Under the pieces are notes generated by a model that was given only the letters and a program-made list of their open reading frames with translations, had not been told where the DNA came from and searched no databases. 64,000 nucleotides of DNA from positions 220,872 to 284,871 of the forward strand of contig CAWGPF010000004.1 in assembly GCA_963824395.1 (NCBI GenBank), read 5' to 3'. The position numbers and the translations under genes are program-made. Every line of letters starts with the position of its first letter. Position 1 is the stretch's first letter. This document shows positions 1 to 8,520 of the stretch, piece after piece. Source of the stretch: an uncultured Pseudomonadota bacterium. GTDB taxonomy: Bacteria > Pseudomonadota > Gammaproteobacteria > Steroidobacterales > Steroidobacteraceae.

Positions 1-278
1 TCGGCGGCACTCATCAGGGCACAGCTCGAGAATACCGTCGTCGATGCACTCTGGAGCTGGGATGCAAAGGTCGACTCAAACGCGCACCGGATGTCGCGAT
101 TCGGACTGACCCCGATGACCAGAACTCGGGCGAACGTCTGGTTGCGGGGCGCGTCGGGCTGCCATTCGCTCTTTACCGAGACGCCGGCGCATCCAGAAAG
201 GCCTGCAAGTGCCGCCATCCAAAGGAGCGTGCAAGCCGCAAGGTCTTTCTGCAAACGCGCGCGCGGGTGAGGGCTCAA
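1..278 (-). CDS. putative lipoprotein, N-terminal part (partial; gene runs off the left edge)
   Basis: The minus-strand frame is open from position 1 up to TTG 278 (alternative ATG 218). It is absent from the ORF track because no stop lies in the window. Translation MSPHPRARLQKDLAACTLLWMAALAGLSGCAGVSVKSEWQPD... shows a basic N-terminus, a hydrophobic core and a lipobox L-S-G-C. Third codon positions are mostly G/C. It competes with track ORF 76..540(-), which is Arg/Pro-rich and looks non-coding. Confidence 0.4.
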   Translation of the reverse strand, partial: MSPHPRARLQKDLAACTLLWMAALAGLSGCAGVSVKSEWQPDAPRNQTFARVLVIGVSPNRDIRCAFESTFASQLQSASTTVFSSCALMSAA

Positions 279-538
279 GATGCGCTCTTCGGGTGAAAAC
301 AGTCGGCGCAGTATACGCGTTACGAGGCGGTGAAGTTCCGCGCAAGCGCGCTGCAGGGCCCGACTTGCGGGGGCGAGCGCATGGCGTAAGGTCAGGGCCC
401 TGTTCCAGCGCAAACGATAACGCCTCCACAATGTTCGGACCATCCGTACAAGTCGCGACCCGAATCTTTAACCGGGTCACGGACTTGCCGCCCTGAGCCC
501 CTAATGCTCTGGCTTTGCCCCATTTAAGCGCCGGCGCC

Positions 539-1207
539 ATGCTCTGGATCCTGACCTCGCTGTTCTTCTTTTGGTGCGCGTTTCACGAAATCCGCGCCAG
601 CGTCATCGCGCCTCCCGGTTTTGACCGTCCGAGTCCGATCTCAACGCCTTACCTGGCAGTAGTGCTGAGCCTGGCGGTGATCTTTGCCTGGCCCCCAGTC
701 CACACCTGGATGTTCGAGCGGTTCCTATCGAGGCAGGCCTCGGTACTCACCGACGGCCATCCAGCGCACGTCCATTGCAACACCGTCTGGGACACGCTTT
801 TTGATCCGGAGATGATGGCGGCGGGGCACGCAAGTCCAGTCACGGGAAAAATCGCTCTCCAGCATCCGTGGTGTGGCACCCTGAGTTCGTATCTGGCTCA
901 CCCCAGCCGTGCGAACAACCAGGAGCTGTGGAGCCTTGCCATGTTCACGCACGAGAGCATGCACGTACGGGGCGAACTCAACGAAGCCCGTACCGAATGT
1001 GAGGCTGTGCAGCGCAATTACCGCGCGGCGAAGTTACTTGGCGTTCCAGATGCCACGGCCAGGAGGAACGCCCTCGACTACTATAATAATCTGTACAAGT
1101 CGCGCCGGGACGAGGGGATCATGCAGGCCGAGTACTACTCGGACGAATGCGCACCGGGTAAAGCAATGGATGAGCACCTTCCCGATTCGACCTGGGCGGC
1201 GCCGTAA
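539..1207 (+). CDS. membrane protein with HExxH motif (possible zinc metallopeptidase-like)
   Basis: Track ORF 515..1207; ATG at 539 gives MLWILTSLFFFWCAF. There are two N-terminal hydrophobic segments and an HESMH (HExxH) motif followed by acidic residues. The functional call is weak. Confidence 0.55.
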   Translation: MLWILTSLFFFWCAFHEIRASVIAPPGFDRPSPISTPYLAVVLSLAVIFAWPPVHTWMFERFLSRQASVLTDGHPAHVHCNTVWDTLFDPEMMAAGHASPVTGKIALQHPWCGTLSSYLAHPSRANNQELWSLAMFTHESMHVRGELNEARTECEAVQRNYRAAKLLGVPDATARRNALDYYNNLYKSRRDEGIMQAEYYSDECAPGKAMDEHLPDSTWAAP

Positions 1208-1328
1208 CGAACGACGCACGGTTGCTCCGGAAAAGCGCGTTCGTCTACTCGTTCCGAAAATACCCGATAGCGCTGCTGGGATGACCCCGGGCGTCATCGG
1301 ACGAGCTGGCCTGATGGTTCACTCGAGC

Positions 1329-2612
1329 CTACTTCGGCGACGGACCGGGCGGAGGGCCATGATCCAGCAGCATCCCATGGCGGCGCAGCACGGCCTGCAG
1401 CTGATCGTGGGGGAGGGCAGCAACGGTCCAGTAGTCCGCGCCCGTCATGGTCCGGGCGGCGACGAGTGCGTTGATTACGGATTCTTCCACTCCCTGAACG
1501 GTAGCTTCAAACAGGGGGTTGAGCGCTTCGCTGCGTAGACGCGCAATTTGCGCCAGCTTGCCCGGGGCAGAATCCCAGTTGCCATCGTCAGCCCCCGCAT
1601 TGGCGGTCGAAAAGGCGATGAAGATGTCCCCGGATCCGTCACTCTCAATCGCGCCAAGACGCCCGAGGGCCACGGAGGCGCGCCGGGCCAGGCGCTTCAG
1701 CTGTTCTGCCGTTAAGGGCGCGTCGGTGGCGATCACGATGATGATCGAGCCGCGGTGTTCCTGATTCGGGCCGTCGGCAAGAGCCAGACGCTTCGGATCA
1801 CAGAGCGTTGCTACGGTTCCAAACTGTTGCTGCGGCGGAGACAGGAGTCGTGTGACGCAGCGGGGCTGCAGCATCATCTCGCGAGCCACCGGAATGCCGG
1901 CGACACGTAATTGCCGGGCAGAGCCGTAGTTGCATTGCACCAGTACGCCAACCGTGAAGCCGCCAGCTTCTGGGGGCAATTTCCGGGAGGACGTGCCGGT
2001 GCCGCCCTTGAAGCCGTTGCAGACCATGCCTGTCCCGCCGCCTACGTTGCCCTCGGCCACCGGTCCGTTGCTAGCGCCATCGAGAGCGTCGAGCACGTCC
2101 TTTTGTGTGACGTGCTGGCCGGCCATGTCATTAAGTGGCACGTCGGCGGTTTCTGCGGCTACGGGGTACCAAAAGAGTCCCTGGCGATGGTCGGCCAGCC
2201 ATTTGAACGCGGCATCGCGGACGACGCCGACGCTTCCGGTGCCAGTAATCAGGATTGGCGTCTCGAGCACGCCGCTTTCCTCGACCCAATGAGTGCCGGT
2301 CATGTCGCCATTGCCGTTTCCGGCGAAGAAGCCCGCGAAAACGGCCCTGCCGTCGCTCTTGGGGCGGGGAAATATGGCAGTGACGCCGGTTCGCACCGGT
2401 CCTTTTCCGCGGACCAGCGATCCCTCACCGGAGATCAGCGTGGTGAAACCGACCTCCACCCCTGCGACGTCGGTAATCGCGTTGTTCATCCCGGGTGTTC
2501 CATCGAACGGCACGCCCAGCTCACGCGCGCGCGGCGCCGGCGCCTCTCCTGGCCCACCTAACGCAACGCCAGACCAGGCCAACGCCGCGAGAGCCAAAGG
2601 CCAATATTTCAT
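1329..2612 (-). CDS. DmpA/peptidase S58 (P1) family aminopeptidase, secreted
   Basis: Signal peptide MKYWPLALAALAWSGVALG. Family-typical ITDVAGVEVG, GVTAIFP and the Gly-rich self-processing region GGGTGMVCNGFKGGTGTSS. ATG 2612 is preferred over GTG 2615. Confidence 0.85.
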   Translation of the reverse strand: MKYWPLALAALAWSGVALGGPGEAPAPRARELGVPFDGTPGMNNAITDVAGVEVGFTTLISGEGSLVRGKGPVRTGVTAIFPRPKSDGRAVFAGFFAGNGNGDMTGTHWVEESGVLETPILITGTGSVGVVRDAAFKWLADHRQGLFWYPVAAETADVPLNDMAGQHVTQKDVLDALDGASNGPVAEGNVGGGTGMVCNGFKGGTGTSSRKLPPEAGGFTVGVLVQCNYGSARQLRVAGIPVAREMMLQPRCVTRLLSPPQQQFGTVATLCDPKRLALADGPNQEHRGSIIIVIATDAPLTAEQLKRLARRASVALGRLGAIESDGSGDIFIAFSTANAGADDGNWDSAPGKLAQIARLRSEALNPLFEATVQGVEESVINALVAARTMTGADYWTVAALPHDQLQAVLRRHGMLLDHGPPPGPSPK

Positions 2613-2657
2613 CACCGATCTCCGCGCGTTTCGAGCCTATACGTCCACCTCAATAGC

Positions 2658-2691
2658 AAAGCCCCCGAGGTGGCAGTACCTCAGGGGCTTT
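2658..2691 (-). terminator. GC-rich hairpin with flanking T-runs downstream of the 2720..3361 gene
   Basis: aaagcccccgagg-tggcagt-acctcaggggcttt forms a ~12-bp stem. T-rich sequence follows on both strands (tttgtttcc on one, tttgctatt on the other). Confidence 0.5.
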
Positions 2692-2719
2692 GTTTCCGCT
2701 CGCGGACTGCGTCCGCGCT

Positions 2720-3361
2720 CTAGGTGCCGCTGGCCGGCGCCGAACTGGCGTGTGACGCCGGTATGACACTTACTGCGACGGACTCAGTGTAAGTCACGTC
2801 CACCGTGTCACCGGGTTTCAACGTGCGGATGAACTTCTTCATGTCCGGAGACTTCACTGCCACGACGTGCTGCGAGCCATCCTGTCCTTGGAACGCCACC
2901 TTATTGGTGCCCGGATCGATTCCCAGGATTTTCACGGTTACTGTGACCGATTGCCCGGCGCCGCCACCGGGTCCATTGGGATTCTTATACGCAAAGGTGG
3001 ATCCGGCCGGATCCGTCACCGTCTGGCCGTTCTTTGCGATTTGAGCCGCGAATCCTTGGTAGAAGCTAACCTTCACCTTGTCGCCGGCCTTGATACGGTC
3101 GAGCTTCACCTTCTCGTCTACAAAAATCGTCTGTACTTTGCCGTCGGGACCTACCAGCGTTACCGAGCGCTTCTCGGGATAGACGGCCTGCACAGTCGCC
3201 GTCACGGTGCTCAACTTGCTGGTCACCGCGGGCATATTGGCGGACATGGCAGTTGACGCCGGCGGCGCACTGGCTGCCGGGGCAGCGGCCTGCTGGGCCG
3301 ACGCGTATCCCGCCATCGTCGCGAGGACGAGGACAGGTAGTTGTTTTCCAAGGACGCTCAT
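2720..3361 (-). CDS. secreted hypothetical protein with an internal tandem duplication of a small beta-rich domain
   Basis: Signal peptide MSVLGKQLPVLVLATMAGYASAQQ. Two ~55-aa repeats share the pattern V-T-[LF]-x-G-x-DG ... K-x-GD-x-V-x-V-[ST]-[FY]. Confidence 0.7.
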   Translation of the reverse strand: MSVLGKQLPVLVLATMAGYASAQQAAAPAASAPPASTAMSANMPAVTSKLSTVTATVQAVYPEKRSVTLVGPDGKVQTIFVDEKVKLDRIKAGDKVKVSFYQGFAAQIAKNGQTVTDPAGSTFAYKNPNGPGGGAGQSVTVTVKILGIDPGTNKVAFQGQDGSQHVVAVKSPDMKKFIRTLKPGDTVDVTYTESVAVSVIPASHASSAPASGT

Positions 3362-3632
3362 CTTCCTACTCCTTACCTTTTTTACTAATCACTTGAAGAA
3401 TCGCGCACCATGCGCGTGTGGCGCTGCACAATCCAAGAACGCAGCAGCGCCGCCCGGCACCTGTATACGCGCATCCCGCTGGAGGTACCAGAATCTTGAG
3501 CGACCAGTAACGACCGATGCGACCTTACAGCCTTAGTCGGAGCTGGTTTGCCATCACCTGGCCGTTGTCTAGAACTCTGGTTCCATGTTATCTCGATGCC
3601 GGACGAGTCGCTGCCGAAGTCGCTTTGCAGGG

Positions 3633-5015
3633 CTAATCGTACCGGATGCGGTTGTCCTTACGGTCGCCCAGTGCAACCCGCATGATTGCCTGTTCGCGCT
3701 GTGCGCGCCAAAGCAGATATTCGAGCAGCGGCCTGACGCGGGCCGCATCGACGTTGCGCGCGTACTCGCAGATTGCGGCATTGGCCTCCGCCTCGTTCGT
3801 CAACGGCCGGTCCACGAGTGCTGAGATCCGCTCAACGTCCTCGCGCTGATAGCGCTCCGGACCGTAGTCGATGAACGAACGCAGGTATGCAAGCAGGTCC
3901 GCGATGCCCTTAAGTCGATAGCTGTTCGCAGCTAGCACCGCGGAATCGGCGGCCATCTGCGTCAGGGAATCGACTCCGTATTTAAAGACGCTGGCGCAGG
4001 GATCCGCATTGCGAAATTCGACGGGGTGCTCCGTTACGGTGATGTCATTCGCGCGACACAATGCCTCAATGAGAGCCAGGCCATTGATTTGCCGAAATGC
4101 AAACAGCATCGGAACGTTCTGCAGCGCTGAGGGGCGCGAAAGCGCCATGAGGATCCCGACCATCCAACGGGCGAGGACAAGCGCCAGTGCATAATCGAGC
4201 GTTCGATAGTTGACGGCTCTCCCGGTGAGTGCCTCGTAGTTCTCGATATGCTCTCGCGGTGCACCGAACGGAGCTCCTAGTGCTCGCGCGATGATGCATG
4301 CCACGTCCTCCAGTGGATGGCCAAGGCGGGTCATTTCCCAGTCAATCACCGCTCTGATTTGTCCATTAGAGATCAGGAAATTCCCGGGTCCTGTGTCGCC
4401 ATGAACGACTACGCACGGAGATTGCGCGTCCGGCACTGAGCGACCGAGCCAGTTTAGGGAAAACTCTACCAGCGGGTCGCGAATAGCTGCCCGCTCGGCA
4501 TACATCTGGCGCCAAAGCGCCAGGTCGGCCGGAATCGCGATCCCAATAGGATCGCCGCGATGCTCACCGAGTACCGCGATCTTACGTGGGTCAATCCGCT
4601 GCAGGCCCACGACCGCGACCATGAGCTCGCGCCGCAGCTTCGCCTCCTCGTCCTCACTCCCTATCTTCTGGTAGCTGGTATGGCCAGGAATGAATTCCAT
4701 CAGAGCAGCGTTGTGCTCGATCGAAAACGCCAGGAGTTTCGGCACCGGCAGACCGTTGTCCCGCAATTGCGCGATCACGGCAGATTCGCGCGCCAGGGTG
4801 AAGGAGGTACCCGAGAGTGGCCCATGCCCCGCATCCAACCTTAAGAACGTTTTTTCACCCGTGACACTGGTTACGATGTAACTGTTGCGCGAGGCGCCGC
4901 CGGTGAGCTCCTGAACAGAGGCCAGCGTTGTTCCGGTGACCTCCTCGATCCAGCGCGCCAGTCCCCGGTCGAGTGCATGCGCTTGCGTAACCGTATCGGC
5001 GGCCGGGGAAGCCAT
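3633..5015 (-). CDS. phosphotransferase family protein (APH/choline-kinase-like fold)
   Basis: Catalytic loop VVHGDTGPGNFLI (HxDxxxxN) and IDWEMTRLGHPLEDV. ATG 5015 overlaps the TGA of the upstream LuxR gene (TGATG), which suggests translational coupling. Confidence 0.85.
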   Translation of the reverse strand: MASPAADTVTQAHALDRGLARWIEEVTGTTLASVQELTGGASRNSYIVTSVTGEKTFLRLDAGHGPLSGTSFTLARESAVIAQLRDNGLPVPKLLAFSIEHNAALMEFIPGHTSYQKIGSEDEEAKLRRELMVAVVGLQRIDPRKIAVLGEHRGDPIGIAIPADLALWRQMYAERAAIRDPLVEFSLNWLGRSVPDAQSPCVVVHGDTGPGNFLISNGQIRAVIDWEMTRLGHPLEDVACIIARALGAPFGAPREHIENYEALTGRAVNYRTLDYALALVLARWMVGILMALSRPSALQNVPMLFAFRQINGLALIEALCRANDITVTEHPVEFRNADPCASVFKYGVDSLTQMAADSAVLAANSYRLKGIADLLAYLRSFIDYGPERYQREDVERISALVDRPLTNEAEANAAICEYARNVDAARVRPLLEYLLWRAQREQAIMRVALGDRKDNRIRYD

Positions 5016-6169
5016 CACGCAATGATCGCCAGACTTGTGAGAACGAGCCGCACCAGATCGGCCTGCCTGTGAGTGTCGGTCTTGGTAAACACCGAACGCA
5101 GCTGGACCCTCGCCGTGTTTTCCGATATTTCCAAGTTCGTCGCGGCTTCGACAATCGATGCGCCCTCCAGCAGCTCCGTGACCAACGCCATTTCAGCACG
5201 GGAGATGTGGTACAGCTTGGCGAAGGCGTCTATGGACACGTTGTGCTGTAGCTTGTCGGCCGACAGAAAGATGGCGACGCCCGCGGCCGGCCCGTAGGGG
5301 TCTGGGGTACCGTCCTGGATGGGCTTCAGAAGCATATACAGGGAGCGGCTGGATTCAGCGGCCGAAAGCTTCAGGGAGCCTGCGGTACGAGCCTCGCTTC
5401 CAGTCGCACCGAGAGTCGCCTTGATGGCATTGGCCACAAGCACTTCGTGCTCTGGATCGCCAGCCTGCAGGTGGTTTCCGACTACACGCAGTAACTGGCT
5501 GTCCTTGAGCATGCGGGATGCAGTCTCGTTGACGCGGATCACGTGGCCGCGTTCGTTCAGAATGACAACGCCGAAGGCAAGCTGGTCAATTGCTCTGATA
5601 TACGCATTGTTCTCGAGATACTGCCGACGGCTGCGCTCGTAGATCTCCAGGGCGACCTTAAGGTGTGGATACAGCCGCATCATCAGCGACTTTTCCGGCA
5701 AACCAAACACCCCCTTTGGCTCCCGCCGCGAGAGCTTCAAGCTCCCCAGATACGTGTTTCCAAAGGTAATGTTGAGTGCCAGCACGTCGGTGTCGTTGTC
5801 GAGCTTCAGGAGCTCGTTGTAGAACCGCGAGCGCAGAAAGACCTCGCGTGGGACCCGGTCAAAGATATTGCAGGCGACGCCTTCCTCAAGGTCGAGAAAC
5901 GGATCATCGGGAAAGTTGGCGGTTCGATAGACCTCCATGAGAGACTGCCGTACGTTCGCATCGAACATGTGTCCGCGATCGCCCCGCGAGGGCTGCCGTA
6001 GCACCAGGGTAGCGGCGCACGCCTGGAACTGATCGCAAAGGGCGTGAAGGAACTCACTCCAGGGGCTGGGGCTGTGGATACTGCGATAAAGCGTAAGCAG
6101 CAGCTGGTCGAACGCGCTCGACTCGCCGCGCAGCAAAACCCCGATCGGCAGGGAACTGTCATTCTCCAT
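5015..6169 (-). CDS. LuxR-family transcriptional regulator
   Basis: C-terminal HTH ISRAEMALVTELLEGASIVEAATNLEISENTARVQLRSVFTKT, plus a ~300-aa N-terminal domain of unknown ligand. Confidence 0.85.
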   Translation of the reverse strand: MENDSSLPIGVLLRGESSAFDQLLLTLYRSIHSPSPWSEFLHALCDQFQACAATLVLRQPSRGDRGHMFDANVRQSLMEVYRTANFPDDPFLDLEEGVACNIFDRVPREVFLRSRFYNELLKLDNDTDVLALNITFGNTYLGSLKLSRREPKGVFGLPEKSLMMRLYPHLKVALEIYERSRRQYLENNAYIRAIDQLAFGVVILNERGHVIRVNETASRMLKDSQLLRVVGNHLQAGDPEHEVLVANAIKATLGATGSEARTAGSLKLSAAESSRSLYMLLKPIQDGTPDPYGPAAGVAIFLSADKLQHNVSIDAFAKLYHISRAEMALVTELLEGASIVEAATNLEISENTARVQLRSVFTKTDTHRQADLVRLVLTSLAIIA

Positions 6170-6207
6170 TCCCCGATTGTACCGTCACTCAATGGGCGCC
6201 CGCAGGA

Positions 6208-6684
6208 TCAGGCCCCCCAAAGGTTCGCTTTCACGTACCCCCGGGTGTCGCCCATGATGTGCACCTCGACGATGCGGCGCCGGAATTGGTAGCCGTGCTC
6301 ACCCATCGCAAAGGCATCGACATAGCGGCCACCGAAGACGATCCGCGGACGCTTTTCGTTCTGGCGAACGATGAGAAAGCGGGAGGTCGCAGCCGCGCTC
6401 CCGGTGGGATCGAGAAAGACATCGACATTGGTGATGTAGTGCAGAGCACGCGGGGTCGCATACACCTGAGCTGGATCGGCTGCGGACCCGTTGGCATCGT
6501 AGAACACGTGCTGACTCAGGAGCTGGCGCATCCCCTCGACACCCTTAAAGACCTGACCCAGGCCACCGAAGACTATCTCTCCGTGGGCGAACAGCTGTGC
6601 CAGCTCCTCCACCTGGCCGAGGTCCTGGAGCTCGGCGGAGCGGTGGATCAGCCGGCGTAGCGTGTATTCAGTCGCGAAGTCCAA
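6208..6684 (-). CDS. NTF2/SnoaL-like small protein
   Basis: ~158 aa. N-terminal helix EYTLRRLIHRSAELQDLGQVEELAQLFAHGEI is typical of SnoaL_4/ring-hydroxylating beta-subunit-like folds. TTG start. Confidence 0.7.
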   Translation of the reverse strand: MDFATEYTLRRLIHRSAELQDLGQVEELAQLFAHGEIVFGGLGQVFKGVEGMRQLLSQHVFYDANGSAADPAQVYATPRALHYITNVDVFLDPTGSAAATSRFLIVRQNEKRPRIVFGGRYVDAFAMGEHGYQFRRRIVEVHIMGDTRGYVKANLWGA

Positions 6685-6697
6685 GTGCGCGACGGCC

Positions 6698-7687
6698 CTA
6701 GATACGCGCCTTGCGGTCGCGCGCGTGCCACAGGGGGATGCTCCAGACGTCCTGTTCCTCGCCGTAGACCGTATGTTCGCCTATTGTCCAACGCATCAGG
6801 TACAGCCAGGTCAGCAGGTTCGGGTATGGCTCGTAGACCATACGATTCAGTGGCACGCCGGTCGCGACCAAATCGCGGCCGTCCGCGTCGACCAGGCTCA
6901 TCTCGATGCTCTGCAGTTCGCCGCCGCGATAGCGACAGCGGCGTGTCCCCCCGGTAAGGTTCACCCGTCTTCCTTCAAGCGATAGATAGCCCTTGAACAC
7001 CTCGTCGTGCTCTGCAGTCGGGCGCGAGTAGCAAACGAACGCGAGTCGACTGGACTGACCGTGGCAGTAATTCATGCGGATGGTGTCCGTCATTACCCTT
7101 GGACCCCAAGAGCGGTCGCGGATACCGAAACAGTCAATCTCGTGGCGGACGGTACCGATCCGGACGTACCCGCGATACTGACCGGACTGGTCGATGTGAC
7201 CGGCAAAGAAATCGCTCATACCCTTGGCTGTAACGGTCTCCGGAGGGGTGACGCCGTCAAAGCGCAGGGCGACTTCAATGTCACGGCGCGCATAGCTCAT
7301 TTCGTACTGCCAGCCCTCCTTGAGAGTGCGCAGCTGCGTGCCGCAGTCAAGGTGAAGAGCTCGCAGATCCGCGGGTGCCAGTAGCGGTCTGTTTACGTCG
7401 TAGTGGAAGGCAGGGATGTCCCACGGAAGATATTCCCTGTCATCCCAGACCAGGCAGCCACCCCCGTAGATCCCCAGCACCGGACGAAACCAACTGTACA
7501 GGTAGACTGTGGTGGCCGCTTCAGGAACCCAGGCACCGAACCAGAACGTCTCGGTCCAAGCTGGCTGCTGTGGGTCCCACGTGTGAAACGTATCAACCGA
7601 GTTCTCGACCACCAACATAGATTGAGCTCGCGGGCGCGCGTCGCGGACCATTGAGAATATGCCGACGGCCCGGCGCGAGTTAATCAC
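6698..7687 (-). CDS. conserved hypothetical protein (unknown fold; same operon as the NTF2-like gene)
   Basis: 329-aa ORF with coding-like composition, 13 bp upstream of the next gene. I recognise no catalytic motif. The start is uncertain (GTG 7687, ATG 7651 or ATG 7618). Confidence 0.6.
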   Translation of the reverse strand: MINSRRAVGIFSMVRDARPRAQSMLVVENSVDTFHTWDPQQPAWTETFWFGAWVPEAATTVYLYSWFRPVLGIYGGGCLVWDDREYLPWDIPAFHYDVNRPLLAPADLRALHLDCGTQLRTLKEGWQYEMSYARRDIEVALRFDGVTPPETVTAKGMSDFFAGHIDQSGQYRGYVRIGTVRHEIDCFGIRDRSWGPRVMTDTIRMNYCHGQSSRLAFVCYSRPTAEHDEVFKGYLSLEGRRVNLTGGTRRCRYRGGELQSIEMSLVDADGRDLVATGVPLNRMVYEPYPNLLTWLYLMRWTIGEHTVYGEEQDVWSIPLWHARDRKARI

Positions 7688-7854
7688 CGGAACCGATTAG
7701 CTCAGGGCGCGAATTCAGGGCGGCACGGGCTGACGTGACTCGGGCGGCCCCGATGCATAGCCCATTCCGATGATTGACGCCTCCCACACCAGAGGACGAG
7801 AGTCGGGTGCGAGCCGCGAGGCTAAGTGTGTATTTACCGATTCTGGAAGGTGCG

Positions 7855-8301
7855 ATGGATACCGCAGACCGTATAGCGATAGAGAGCCTTATCTTTCGCT
7901 ACGCCCGCTATGTCGACACCGCGCAGTACGAGGCGCTCGGAGAGCTGTTCGAACATGCGCGCATCACGGCCAATAAGACGGATCAGGTCTTCGTAGGCGC
8001 TGCGGCGGTTCGCGACTATTGGCGCATGAGCAACAAGCGATTTGAGTGTGGTACTCCCAGGACGCACCATGTGATCACCAATCTGGAGTTTGAAGAATCA
8101 CGCGACGGCTCCGTGACCGTGCGCTCGTGCTTTTCGGTTTTTCAGGGGACTCGGGCGATCCCCTTGCAGCCGATTGCCTGTGGTCGCTATGCGGACGTGT
8201 TTTTCCAGGAGTCGAACAAGTGGCATTACCGCTCGAAGCACATCGACGTCACCCTGCTGGGGGACGTGAGTGATCACCTGAACGTGCAGATCGAGGGGTA
8301 G
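7855..8301 (+). CDS. NTF2/SnoaL-like small protein
   Basis: ATG 7855 is preceded by ggaagg. MDTADRIAIESLIFRYARYVDTAQYEALGELFEHA is a typical SnoaL_4 N-terminus. The track ORF begins at 7774. Confidence 0.75.
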   Translation: MDTADRIAIESLIFRYARYVDTAQYEALGELFEHARITANKTDQVFVGAAAVRDYWRMSNKRFECGTPRTHHVITNLEFEESRDGSVTVRSCFSVFQGTRAIPLQPIACGRYADVFFQESNKWHYRSKHIDVTLLGDVSDHLNVQIEG

Positions 8302-8520
8302 GCGTCTCGTTAGGTGAGGCCGTAAGACTGAGTAGAGAACTGATTCTTTCACCTGAACTGGTTATCGAGGCCAAGGCCGCTTCCCGGGAAGCGCAATCCA
8401 CGGGTCACAAACGCCTTGTCTGGTAATCGGTTTCGATGATTGACGTATCCGGGTAAACGAATCAGCGTTCGGTTCCAGACGGGATCTGTTGTCGTGGCTA
8501 GAGTTCCGGGGGGGACACAA

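Noticed and set aside
76-540. 154-aa minus-strand ORF at the left edge.
   Set aside because: Its composition is Arg/Pro-rich. A different minus-strand frame gives a clean lipoprotein signal peptide with a lipobox and stays open to the window edge, so I preferred that frame, still with low confidence.
8302-8520. Possible riboswitch or leader upstream of the first TonB-dependent receptor. The 32945-33040 region upstream of the second was also checked.
   Set aside because: I found no B12-box (GCCACTG context) or other riboswitch core that I can recognise, only short generic stems such as gcttccc/gggaagc. This needs an Infernal scan before any claim is made.
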